Positions 36,764 through 49,181 of a DNA stretch of 64,000 bases are shown here, piece after piece; position 1 is the first letter of the stretch, and every line of letters starts with the position of its first letter. Location of the stretch: the NCBI GenBank assembly GCA_958009085.1, contig OY253686.1, positions 310,001-374,000 of the forward strand. Direction: 5' to 3'. Both the position numbers and the translations under genes were made by a program. Source of the stretch: Protoeuglena noctilucae (lineage: Eukaryota). The notes below the pieces were generated by a model. The model was given only the letters and a program-made list of their open reading frames with translations. It did not search any database and was not told the DNA's origin.

Positions 36764-39700
36764 TCACATGGTCACCATCTCGACTTGCCGACCGTACGCG
36801 GAGGCCTGCTGGCCCTGCACGACGTGCACGGGCATGCCAATCACCACGCCCTGGTCCGCCTGGGGACTGTAACCCACGGGCATCCCGGTCACGGTGTCCT
36901 GGGCCCTCCCCTGGCCTCCCATGTGCTGCACGGGGTCCGAGGTCCCCGTCGCCCCGTTGGCTGGCCTCCCGTTCTGCCCGCCGGGCGCCTGGGTGGGCAG
37001 CCCCGCCGACGCCATCGCCCGCATCTTCTCGGCCCGGATGCGCTGCACGGCGATGGCGACGCCGACGACGATCGCGGCGATGGCCAGGATGGGGAGCACG
37101 GTGCCCAGGATGGCGGAGAGGAGGAGTTGCCTGTTGGGGCTCCCGGAGTTCTGCGCGCGAAGATACGGGCGGGGGGCGCGGGTAAGGGTGGAGGGGGTCG
37201 CACAGGGGTGGTGAGGGGCGAGGGAGGATGGCCAGGGAGAGTAAGAGAGGCGGGGACGCAGGTAAGTGAGTCGCAAGACTGACACAGAGTCAGGGTCCAT
37301 GTCACTGCAACTCACCTGGTCCGACGAGTAGGTGATGACGGGGAGGTTCGAGTCGGCGAGGACCGTCGTCTGAGCCGACAGGGACCTGCAGGGAAATGAA
37401 GGGTGAAGAGCCTGTGCAAGTGGTGCGGAGCATGGCAAGAGCCTCTGCTTTTGCTCATGCCTGTGCAGAGCCCGGGGGAGCCACAGCCTCTTTCCTGCCT
37501 CTGTGCCTGTGCAGCTGCGGTCCCAGGCACAGGCACCGCTTGCAGCCTAAGCAAGTCAAAGCACGGGCTGGAGGATGGCATGAGGAACGTCGCGTGGCTC
37601 ACCCGTAAAAGTCGACCTGCTGGTTCGCGATGCGGGGCGTCACGTTCAGTACCAGCAGCCCCACGGCGAGCGGGATGACCGAGTATTGCCCGTCCCCGGC
37701 CCCGCTGAAGGTGACGGGCACGAGGGGTCCGGCGTAGCTGCCCACGTGCACCGCGTACCACTTGCCGGGTGTTGCGGGGATCTCCAGCTTCGACGCCAAG
37801 CCCAGGGAGTTCGAGTTGCTGTCGCAGGCCCCATCCTTGGTGTCATACTCGACGCTGCAGAGACCGACGCAGCGCGAGGATGAGTTTGCAATGCGCCGCT
37901 GCATTGTTTGTTGGTCTCACTACTGCTGCTATGGTCAGCCCATGCTCACGAGGTGTGGTCGGCCCTACAGCCACAGCCATAGCCACCCATCCTCGACTGC
38001 CGTGGCCAGATCAGGGTCTTCTTAGTTCCGACGCGCCTCCATCACGGCGCTCACCAGTGCTGCGCCACGACCTTGTCCTTTATGACGGCGCGATTGGCGG
38101 CGTCGTATTCAAACACCGTCATGGTCGAATCGTACAGCGTGGCGGAGTCGCACGTGTCGACGAACAGGTTGCAGCCCGTGTACTGGTCCCCGTTGCACGC
38201 CTGCTTGACGCTGAAGACGAACTACACGTCCGGGCCGCGGGGGAAGTCCGAGGCGTCCTCCGTGGGGAAGATCTGCGACGTGGCGGCGCACGTCTGCGGG
38301 CGAGACACGTGGGGCGCTCTCTTGGCTGGTTCATGGCTGCTAGTTCCATGTCTGCTGCTGCATCGTTGCTTCTCCATGGCTGCCCAATGCCCCTGCATTC
38401 GGGCACGCCCGGCTATGACTCTTTGCGAACCCAGCAAGCCTCCTCGGCAGACGAGGCCATCCACACCTCCGCACCGACCTCAGCCGCACCTCTCAGCGTC
38501 CACCTGGCCCTATTCTTTGATAGGCAGCGAGTGCGGCGTGTGGCCTGCGGGTGTCACCTGGAGCCCCGAGAAGGTGAAGTTGAGGTCAGAGACCTCCGTG
38601 TTGATGGTGAAGGGGTCGTTGGAGTTGACTTGCGTGGCGGCGACGATGATGGGGTTCGCGGCGGTGTCCCCGACAGGCTGCCGCTGGTCAAGAAGCGCCA
38701 CAGCGAAGGGCGCGCCATTGTAGACGGTGTCGGACGACGTCGCCACTGCGAGGAAGGGTCAGGACAGCAAGCTCTGTGGCGAACGATGACAGAGGAACCG
38801 AGGTGCCTGGTCTGGGCCAGTGACAAGCAAGCAGGGGTGACTTAACGCGAGCGGTCGGTTCCTGGGGGCGCTCGCAGCTCAGTCCTCGGCGCCTTGTGCA
38901 TCGAACCCCGGACACCTACTCACGGAAGGTCACGTACTCCAGCTCCGTCGTGGGCACGCTGTTGGGGTCGACCGTCACCGTCACGGTTTGCGGCGTGGTG
39001 TGGTTGGTCGTCGTGAACGTCAGCTTCGAGGGTGACACAGAGTACCGCGTCGAGTCGGTGACGTTCACCGACACGGACACGGCCTGCGAAGCGAGGTGCT
39101 AGGGGCAGGTGTCATCCCACCCACGGCGAACCAGCCGACAGCTGCGCGCATGTATGGACGTGTGCCGCGGGCCACCGGGCCAGCTCTGTGTCACCTGGGA
39201 GGGCCCCGAGGATCCCGACGTGGGGTCGATGCTGATGTAGATGGTGTAGTTGGTGGACTGGTCGACGGGGATGTTGGTATAGGGGAACCCCACCGTGTTC
39301 CCACCAGAGTCAGTCATGCGAGCCTTGAACACTCGATGGTCCAGGTGCTGAATGTTGACGAGAATGTTCGTGAAGGACTGGCCGGGGCCGGCGTACTGGT
39401 TGTGGCCCGTGACCTTTGGGACGCCCGCCAGCGTGATCATCTGCGTGCAAGGGGCGGGGCGGGGTCGACAGGATGAACACCTGTTGCATGGTGGGGACGT
39501 GGACAAAGACCAGCAGAGACAAGGTAGCTGGGCAAAGTCAGCGTACGCGGGGACGGGTGCGAACCATCCCATCCCTGACGAGGACCGATCCCCGACCGCG
39601 TCGCCTGTGTTGCCCTGCACATACACGCCTCATCTCGACACATGCCTCTTGCAATGGCACCTTCCGCGTCTCTCGGCTGCCTCACCTGGGCGAGCGCGTC

Positions 39701-42085
39701 CGGGCTGACGTCCTTGGAGTGGGCGAAGAAGAGCGCGGCGGTGCCCGTCACGTGCGGCGTGGCCATCGAGGTCCCCGAGAGCCGCAGGTACTCGTTGTTG
39801 CTGGTGCAGAGCGTCGGGCTGCCGCATGCGGAGTAGATGTCGACGCCGGGGCCGAAGAGGTCGACGCACGGGCCCCAGTCCGAGAAGGACGCCATGGCAT
39901 CAGTGATGTCCGATGCTGCCACGGCCACGGCACGGCGGACCTTGGGGTACACGCCCGTGCAGGCGTCCACGTTGTCGTTCCCGGCGGCCACGACGGCCAG
40001 GATGCCCTGGGAGGCCATCAGGTTGATCATGTAGTGCTCGACCGAGATGGTGCCGGTGATGGCGATCGACATGTTGAGCACGCCGGGCGTCTGGGCGGGG
40101 TGCGTGCTGTAGATCTGCGGTCACGGAAGGGACCCAAGTGACGACATGGATCCAATATGCGAACGGGAGGACCGGGCCGGCCCCTTCGCAAGGCGCCGAT
40201 ACCGCGGCTGTCATCAGCGCTTGCGAGCGCGGTGGTGTGGGCGCGGGCGAAGCGACTCACGTGAGCCATGGCGTCGATGATGATGGACAGGGGTCCCGTT
40301 CCGTCTGCGCTCATCGTCTTGACCACGTACAGCTCCGCGGCGGGCGCCACGCCCACGTTGAGCCCCAGGGCCGTCCCCGACACGTGCGTGCCGTGCTCGT
40401 TGTAGTCCTCGCAGCTGTTGCTGTCGGTCGACATGCAGTAGAGCTCCGTGATGCGCCGGCGCGTGCCGGCCTCGTTCAAGAACTCGACGTGATCCTCCCG
40501 GACGCCCGTGTCGAGGACATACACGCGCACCCCAGACCCGGTGGACCGCTCCACGATCTTGTCGTTCAGCGGCAGGTTGACCTGGTCGATCCGATCGATG
40601 CCCCACACGTTCGTGTTGTTGGTCAGGATGTCGGTGGGGCGCGTCAGCGTGCCGCTGGCTGGCGTGGGCGTGGGCGTCGGTGCCGGCGTCGCCGCCTCCA
40701 CGCCCACGCTGCCCGGCCCGGGCCCCGGCGCGCCCGGGCCGTCCCCCGAGTCGGACCGGCGCCGCTGCACCGACCCGGCGTCTTGGGGCCCCTCCCACGC
40801 CTGGCCGAGCACGTCACGCCTCCCAGGGGCCACCGAGTTCGGGACCCCCCTCTCGCCCACGGGCCGGGTAAAGAAGTGGAACGGGAGCTCCATGGGGCTT
40901 GCCGACGTGGACCTGCTGCGCCGAGGCAAGGACGACCCAAGTCACATGCGCAAGCACGCCGGATTTCTAGTCCCACTATAGCGCCTGCCATTGTGCGCGA
41001 GAGCATCCTCTGCTGCCCAGGACTCACCCCCCCGCCACGTGCACCACGCGGTCTTGCTCAACGAACTCGATGTGGGGCCTGTAGCGATCCGCAAAGCGTT
41101 CCAGGCCTGCCTCGGTGATGGCCAGCGTGGAGATGCGCAGGGGCTCTGGGGCAGCCATCATGCAGAAACCCCTCGTTTCTGCCGGCCATGCCTCCACATC
41201 CTCGCAAGCGGCCTTGATCTCCGATGGAGGCATGTCCTGCGGAGCACGTCTGACATTCCCACGTTGCGGGGGCGGCAGGGGTGTGCACGCCAAGGTTATG
41301 GGTGTGGCAGATGCACTTGTGCAGAGCGACGTGGCACGAACGCAGAGGCGAATGTCCACTTCGCCTCACACCAACCCGCCCGAGGCTGAACGGCTGCACG
41401 GTGGGGCTCGCCAGTCAACAGCAGCATCCACGCACCTCCCTCCAGAAGACCATCCATGAGTAAAGGGTATGATCCTCCCCGCTCTCCGCGCGTTCTGATG
41501 TCCCAGGGACCTCCCCCAGGCCCCGTCCCGTCCCATCTGGCCGCTGCACCGTGACGGGCTGGTGGCTGGGGCCGGCCCTGCAGGCAGAGACGCGCCATGT
41601 CATGAGAACCCGCGCCCTCGGCACAAACACCTTGCTGGATCGTAGCGCATTGTGTCTGAACGCGCCCCTGCCGCCGCCTGAGTCGCGCCGAGGGTCAGAG
41701 GGGAACCCAGATGTGCCGAGATGCGGGACGTGGCACAGGGGGCGCGCCAAAACTCGCGATGCCAGTCGCGGTTCCATAGGATCGACCATGACGATTCGAG
41801 AGCGGTACATGCCGGAAAGGCGGTGGTTCTCGCGCAAGGCCTAGAGCTCGCCCATGCGACAGGATGTGTGCGCCGCCCCGCCGCGCATTTGGGCGCAAGC
41901 GCAAGGCTGCGCTCGCCATTAACAGCAGACAAAACTCGGGTGCGTCCAGCGCTGGGCGGCGGCCAAAGCTGGCCGGGGCCGCGGCCCACCCCTCACCAAT
42001 ACACCGGGATGGCGTTCCTGCCGGCCGCGGCGAGGCTGGAAAGGCTGCCCGCCAGCAGCAAGCATGCTAGGATCGCTATTGACAT
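36764..42085 (-). CDS. S8 subtilisin (proteinase K-like) protease: signal peptide, prodomain, catalytic domain, Ig-like and PPC-like modules, TM anchor, cytoplasmic tail; one in-frame TAG at 38222-38224
   Basis: Exon 1 42085-41997 MSIAILACLLLAGSLSSLAAAG (signal peptide); triad VYVLDTGV, EHGTHVSG, LSGTSMATPHV; oxyanion AAGN; TM LLLSAILGTVLPILAIAAIVVGVAIAV; 11 GT-AG introns in frame. Confidence 0.88.
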
Positions 42086-42412
42086 TCTACTGCCGTCAAA
42101 AATTTAGTTCTAACTGAAGAAAAGTCACTGCTGATCCCGTCATGCCATGTCTGGTCGACGACAGCCCATCGCCTAAATATGGACATGCAACTGCGATTTA
42201 GTGACCGGCTCTTGCCCAGGAAAGCAGCGGAGGCACTGAGCAAAACGGGTCCGACTGGCGATTGGTGGCCCCGCCGTCAATACAGGCGAAGGAGCATCCC
42301 TTGACCTCAACTTTCATCCATCGCAGCGCTTGCAGTGTGCGCTTTCCGTGCTGCCCCTGCCTTTGACGAACCCAACCCGTCGTCTGCGAGGAGGACGCGC
42401 GAGGAAGGGAGC

Positions 42413-44902
42413 ATGTCGGCGTGCTTGCGTCATGGCGGGCCCCTGGGGTGCGACGCGGCGAGCACGTCGAGCCGTTGCGGTGGCCCCCGCGTGGCACGTG
42501 CGGGCCAGTGCGCTGCGGGCAGGGCAGCCGCTGCGGGGCTCTTCCCGGCCTGGAAGCGAAGGATTGTAGGGAGGAACATCCGTGCTCGGGCCGCCGACAA
42601 ACTATCAACGGCGGAGCTGATGAATGAGCTTTTTGGCGTGGGTCCCATGAAGGTGAAGGGTGCGCCGCCTCGAGGGGGTTTAAAAGCCCCATGAGCACGC
42701 ATCCATTCGATCATAGGTATATGGACGTCATCGGGGACACGGCCCGCCGGGAAGCTCGTGTCGCGCTCGCGACTGGCCCTGCACGCATGGGAGCGAGCCG
42801 TCGGGCCCACTTAAGCTGTTCCCCCGCTGTCCGCGCCGGCGCAGGGCAGCAAGAACCCGCGGCCGATGATTTCGTGCGTCGAGAGCTACGAAGGAAACGG
42901 GGTTATGGTGGTCCTGGAGCACCCGAACGGCTCCTCTATGGTCGTGTCGCCCTACGGGGCTGTCGTCACCAAGTGGGTGTCCTCCACCGGCGTCCCTGTG
43001 CTGTTCGCGCCCCCCAATGCGACGGTCGAGCCTGGTGCGACGTTCCAGGGGGGCGCGTACCCATGCTTTCCGCAGGCGAGTGCTGCACCGCTGAGTGGCA
43101 AGCGCGCAGGTGCGTGGACCGGCCTGGGCTGAATGCCACCCTCGCGCCGCTGCGCAGGCCGGTTCTGCCGGGCCGCTCCCGCCGGGTGGCTTCTCGGCCC
43201 TGCTCGACTGGGAGGTCGTTGGGACAAAAGTGAGCCCCGAGTGGGCCGAGGACCCCGCGCCCACCGTCGTGCTGCGCGCGTCAGAAACGCCAGAGACCCT
43301 GGAGATCTGGCCGCACAAGTTCCAGGTGAGCGAGCGCCGTGTGCTCAACCGCCCAACGTTCCCCGCGCCCCCGCATCGACGGGCTGGCAAGCGCCTGCAC
43401 GGCGCTTCGTGCCCACGCTCTGCGCCGCGCTGTGCCGCAGCTCGAGGCCCAGATCTCGTTGATGGAGACGGACGACTTCCCGGAATCCCTGCCGTGGTTC
43501 CCGGAGGAGCCAGAGCTGCTGGCGCCGGGTCACCCGCTGCGGGAAATTTTGGAGGAGGGGCCCTCGGCAGATGCGGCAACCAAAAAGGCGAGGGACAGCC
43601 CGCGCTCCACTCTCGCGGGGCACGCATAACCAGCTCCGCGCTGCAGGGTCAAGGGAAGTCAGTGGGGGATGAGCAGGATGGGAACAGAGGACTCGCTCCC
43701 TGTGACGGGGAGCGCAGGCGTTGGCGATGGCGTGCGTTGCCCTTGGTAGTGATCTCGGTGCCCCTGGTGCGCCTGCGTTTGCAGAAGCGCAAGGTGCGGA
43801 CGCCGTCGGGGCCGGGAGAGTCCCAGCCGGGCATGGAGGGCGTGTCGGAGGAGGTGTTGGTGGCGGACATGACACTGCCCGTCATCCCCGAGCAAATGCG
43901 TTACCGGCTGACGGTGACCAACAGCGACGAGCAGCCCTTCACCTTCACGGCCGCCGTCTGCCAGCACCTGACCGTCCTCGACACCCAGAGCAAATTCTGC
44001 CGGTGCGCGCTGCTGTGTTCGCGTCGACGCCGGCCGCATGGCTCCTCGTCTTGCCACAGCAGGCGCCGTCTCGTAATTGTCACGACACGTTATGTAGTCA
44101 GAGGTCCTGGCATGTCATCAGGTGGCAAGACACTCCTGTTACACCCTAATGCCACAAGACTCCCCTGTCGCAGGACGCTTGGCTTTGGCGGCCGCCATTT
44201 CATCGACTACGACGACCCGATGGACCCCGTTCTCGTGGGGGATTACAACGATTACACGTGGTTCCCCGAGGGCGACTTGCAGCGTCTGTACATCAACGCG
44301 ACCGAGAAGGTCGACATGCTGCTGTGCCCCGGGGACCTCACGCACCTCCAGGTGGGACGCAGCTCCGCGATGACTCACGTGGAGCTCACATGTTTAGATG
44401 TGGTAACACCCTAGCCCCCAGGAGCCGTGACAGGTTGCCTATCATAATGCGCGGTGGTTGTATGTAAACAGTCTAGCGCGTGTTCCGATGTCGCGCAGAG
44501 CATCAATCGGAAGGGGTTCCGGGAGTTGGCGCTCCTGACCAAGGGCACGTCGGACCCGGCCTTCGGAAGGAACTACGTGTGCATGAACCCCGGCGTCTAC
44601 ATGCTCAAGGTGACGCAAGGCGCTGTCGCGGAGTGGGTGTGGTGACTGGCGCACAATACGTGCAGAGCTGGGCAAAGACTTGCTCCCATTTTGGGCTGCA
44701 AGATCAACATTGAGATGTTGTTGATTGGCTCGTCGTATTGGCTTGATTGCTCTGGCACTGCTCTGGCACGCAGGTCACGCTGCAGCCGGGGCAGCAGTGG
44801 GAGGGTGAGGTGGCTCTGCGGTGGATGAACGAGTATTGGGGGGCGTCCAAGGACGACGGCACGGATCACCCAATGCCACCCAGGAAGACCGTGATGGCAT
44901 AA
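42413..44902 (+). CDS. Aldose-1-epimerase / glucose-6-phosphate-1-epimerase-fold protein, plastid-targeted, catalytic residues substituted
   Basis: Transit-like N-terminus; VSPYGAVVTKW, QGGAYPCFPQ, ETLEIWPHKF, LTVTNSDEQPFTFTAA, VTLQPGQQWEG; 7 introns (two GC-AG); stop TAA 44900-44902. Confidence 0.8.
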
Positions 44903-45107
44903 GGCGTTCGTTACAAATGAAGCGTGTGCATGTGGGTCTCTTCAAAAATGACAGGCCGAGGAGGCCCTGCTGGAAACGCGCTTTGCAGCGTCGACAGATG
45001 GACGAACCTGACGCGTCACAGAGCAATGACAAGCCGAACCATTGAAGTGCTTTTCGAGCGCTGCTAGCGCTGACGGTCCATGGGTTGATTGAAAGTCGCT
45101 TGTCCAC

Positions 45108-46991
45108 TCATGGGGAGGGTCCCGTAGCACCAGCCTGGCCAGGTGCTGTCGCACCCAAGGATATCAATCGCATGTAGTCCTGCACGTCCCATTGCTGCAA
45201 GTCTCGAGGGACCATGCGACCCTCCACCACGGCCTCGCCCACCAGGCGCGGGTAGTGCGGGGACAGCGCGCACACCCCGCCCATGACGATCAGCGTGGGG
45301 CTCTTGAGGCCCGCCGCCGTGACTTTGTCGTGCAAGGCGGCCACGGGGGCGCCCACCGCACGCTGGCTCACTGCGGCAACCAACGCGAGGTGTGCCTGGT
45401 GGCGAACATTGCCTCAGGGAAGTATGCTGGGTTGCTGGGGTATCCACACGGCACACAAAGCTGTTCCTGTTCCGTACATGGCACACAACGCAGGGCGGCA
45501 TGCTACACCTGTCGTGCCGCGCTCCACGGCGACGGCTGGCGTCTGCGGGTCGAGCCCGGCGCCCACGAGGGTGGCCACGAGCTGCGGAAGCGTGGAAAGG
45601 CCCATGTACACCACCAGAGTCGTGTGGGGGTCCGCCGACACGCGCACGCACTCGTCCAACTGGTCCCAAGCCTCCCGGGCATCGCGCACGTGGCCTGCGA
45701 GGGCGCGCCGCACGTCGAGGAACGTCTCAAATCGCAGCAAGTGACTCCTGCAAAGCAAGGCGCGCTGCTCGTGGCCAGTGGCTCCCGCAAAGGGACGCCT
45801 GGTGCGAGTGGGGTCACCTGTGAGGAAGCGGACGCTCGTGGCGATGCCGCGATGCGTCATGGGGATGCCCAGCTCGGCGCAAATGCCCGACGCGGCTGTG
45901 ATGCCCGGGACGCACCAAACGCGCACGCCCTTTTGCTCCAGATACTCCAATTCCTCCCCGCCCCTGCCAAACACGTAGGGGTCGCCGCCCTTGAGCCGGA
46001 CCACCGTGGCGCCCTCCTCCGCAAACTGGAGCAGCAACTCGTGGATATCCTCTTGCTTAGACGAGTGAAACCCCTTGCCCTTCCCCACGAACAGCATCCT
46101 GCGGGGTACGTCGGGCCATCTTGAGCGACGCATAGAACTACTGCACTCGCCTCGCAGCGGGGCGCAGGCCTGGCGCAACCCTTAGCGCACCTGGCACCCG
46201 GGTGGATGAGCGCGAGGATCTCATCCGAGACGAGGCGGTCGTAAAGCACCACGTCCGCCGTCTGCATCAGCTGAAGGGCACGCTGCGACGGCGGAGAGAG
46301 CGCGCCGACGTCAAGGAAGGCGGGCAAGACATGAGGAGAAGTTGTGACGGGGTGCGCCCTGAGAGAAAAAGCGGCGGGTGTTGCGCTAAGCTGCGTGGGC
46401 TCACCAGAGTGAGTAGGGAGGGGTCGCCTGGGCCCGTGCCGACGAGAAAGACTTGGCCCAGCCTCGGAGAGGCAACGGATGCTTCGGGCTCTCGCACATC
46501 GGACTCCCGGCGCTGCCGCAGCACGGAGACGGCCTCAGTCCAGGTGAGGGCCGTCGGCCCTGCGAGCGCACGTGCGAGGACATCGGAGCGCAGCGAGACG
46601 GCAAAAACGCGCGTCCCGATTTCCTCTAGCGATGTCGAGGGGTGGCTGCGCACTGGAAGCCTCAGGCTGCAGACCTCACGTCACGCAGGGACCACACCGC
46701 CGAAGGGGCCAACCAGGTGTCAGGCCGGTTACAGGGGCACACAACGACCGCATCACGGCCGTACGCGTGGAGAAGACGTCACGTAGACAAGCTTGGCGGA
46801 CGGCGCGGTGGTATCGCGGCCTCACCGATCTCGGGGCCCCCGACCTTGTCATGCTTGGCAGGGTCCTCCGCGAAGCGCCGCGAGGACCGAACCGGACGGG
46901 CTCGATCGAAGGCCCGGCTCACAAATTGACACGCATGAGGGTGCGGGCGGAGACTGGGACATTGGCGGCCGGTGGTCCCCGGTGCCGCCAT
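45108..46991 (-). CDS. UPM1: Uroporphyrinogen-III C-methyltransferase (SUMT, siroheme synthesis)
   Basis: VFLVGTGPGDPSLLTL, ADVVLYDRLVS, VVRLKGGDPYVFGRGGEE, VPGITAASG, TLVVYMG, PAVAVERGT; 5 introns. Confidence 0.94.
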
Positions 46992-47295
46992 GCATCTGTT
47001 GTCCACGTGAGCGAGCGCCATCGGGGCCAGCTTGGCCCAGCAAACAATCCGAGCTGCCTTGTCAAAGCGATGGTCCGATCTTGGAGCTAGGAGAGCTCCG
47101 CTGGGAGGCGAAGAGAAGAGCAGAGGGCAGACAATCCGAAGTCCGGTCTCAAATGGAAGTGTTACACTGGCTGATTGCTTGCAGAGCAGGCCGAAGAGTG
47201 AGTGAGACAGATGGCAGGGCGTGCTTCAAATCCTCCCCTCGCAGCTGGCACTCTGACGCTCCGCGACCCCGGGCAGCCTTTCTCAAAGTCTCGTT

Positions 47296-48054
47296 TCACT
47301 TCCTCTTCTTCGTGCGCTTGCCCTCCCCTTTCTTCTTGCTCTTCCCCTTCCGGAAGTTCTCGTCCGCTCGCTTCTTGGCCCAGTCGTTCTCGCGGTTGCT
47401 CAGCACGTTGTCAGCCCTGCGGGGCAGGAACCGTCCACAAGGTTACCCAGGGCGGCCGTTGCGCTTCTCTCCAAAGCACGATGGAGGCCAGCGCGCGTTG
47501 AGAACGCGGTCGAGCAACATGGTGGCAGCAGCATGTCGGCGCAGGCTCACGAAAGGTCTGTGGGCGTCCACTTCTTGACCAGCTCCGTTAGAAGCAGGCG
47601 CGACATCTTCCTCCTCCATCCGCCGGTTGTGGGGCCCTCGTAGTGGTCGAAGATCTCCGCCCTCGCCTGCTTGAGGCGGCGCAGCGACATCGCCTGCACC
47701 AGAGACCGCCCTTGCGCTGGCTTGTCTCCCTGCTTCGCGGCATCTTGAAGACGATGAGCTGATGCTTGTGTCGTCGGAGCTTTCGATGTGCTCGCCGCCT
47801 CGCTCGCGGCGCTCCTCTGCGGATGCTTGGCGCACGGATGAGCGCAACCCTTGCCCGTGCTTCCTCGCGCTTCGCAGGCCCGCGCCGTTGCATCAACGTG
47901 CTTCATAACTGCTTACCTGTGATTGGAGGCATCCGCTGATCGCCGTGTGCCGCCACGAGTGATGCGGAGTGCCTCGCAGCCAGAGCGTGCACCCCAGCTC
48001 CGCCGCCGCCCCCAGGGACCGCCACAACCCGCTGACGGCGTTGAGGGCCGACAT
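47296..48054 (-). CDS. Mitochondrial ribosomal protein mS33 (Rsm27-like), probable presequence exon 48054-47917
   Basis: KQARAEIFDH...LLLTELVKKWTPTDL...RKGKSKKKGEGKRTKKRK-TGA resembles plant mS33 (EARARIFGH...LIGDKVAEWYP...GKGPPKKGQGKR); donor CAG|GTAAGC at 47916 splices in frame to 47693. Alternative start 47690. Confidence 0.65.
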
Positions 48055-49181
48055 CTGTGGGCGGAGGAGCGTCGCCTCTTCCATCGCGGAGCTCCATCGA
48101 ACAGGCTGCCACGCGCAACCCACAGCGCATGCTCTCCCACCTGATCCCACGCCGGCGGCGACCCCTGCTCTAGTGATGAGGTGACTGGTTGTTCTAGTGT
48201 CCGCGTCGCCAAAGAGGCCGGGTTTCAGGGTGAGATGGGCGGGTGGCAAGCCTGGGGGCCCAAAGTCCTGCGTTTCTTCGGCAAGGGCGGGGTCTATCGC
48301 TGGTGAGAGAGGAGTTTGGGACAAACATGATGCTGCGGGTCCCCCCATCGCGAGTTTCATGAGCTGGTCCCCAGGCTCTCTGGCTGGCATCTGGCGCGAT
48401 GTTTTCAAGCACCCGATTCAACTGCCACTCTGGGACGGGTGCCAGCGATATCGTCGCAAAGTTGCTGAGCCACGGGTGCGGGGACGCGGCCGACGTAGCG
48501 CGACCCAGCCCAGCTCTGCGACCGCGCATAAATTGAAGGTGACAATCGCAGCCCGGGCAGTCCCGGAGGTTCCGCAGGCCCGTGGGGGACCATATACACT
48601 GCGCCGCAGAAGAAGAGCCGTTGTTGGCGGGGGATGTGTGCCGCGTGTTTTGAATGGTTGTTAAGAGCCCCTGCTGGGGCCTAGCCCGCGCTTATAGCGA
48701 CGCTCTCCCCTGCCCGCGAACGCATCCACACTGATGGCGAACGAAGATGACTCCACCGTCTCTGCCCGTGCAGGTTGTCGACACGTCCAGCCCCCACGCT
48801 TCAGGCAAGTCTTGCACACGATGTTCCGGCCCGTGAGCGCATCGTCCTGCCCGCCCTGTTTATCCCTGTTAATCACCTTCTTGATCATCATTTCGTTTCC
48901 GCAGAAGTCGTCTTGGTGGACGCTCCACCAAGCCGCCCGAGCAAAGGACGGGTCAGCCGTGCATTTGGGGGTGCCTTTCACCCGTTGTCTCGGCCGCGCC
49001 GCCTCCAAAACCCGTTCTGCCTGTCGCTTACGTAATATTGCATTTGCTGGACCCCTGCAGGGCGCTCGGCGCACCTGCACCTGACTCTACAAGCGCTGCG
49101 CTGACAACCCTGAGCATGCGGAACGGTGCGAGCTCGAACTGACAGCGAGGACCCGACCATCGCGGGCTGCATGCGGAAAGG

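Noticed and set aside
38510..38512. Apparent second premature stop in the subtilase (ORF 38510..38746)
   Set aside because: Lies inside intron 38294-38557, after donor CAG|GTGACA.
48100..48730. Possible transposon remnant or snoRNA (TTAA at 48661, GTGATGA at 48173) between mS33 and the Sfi1-like gene
   Set aside because: No terminal inverted repeats, target-site duplication, transposase motif or suitably spaced D box; fits a divergent promoter/UTR region.
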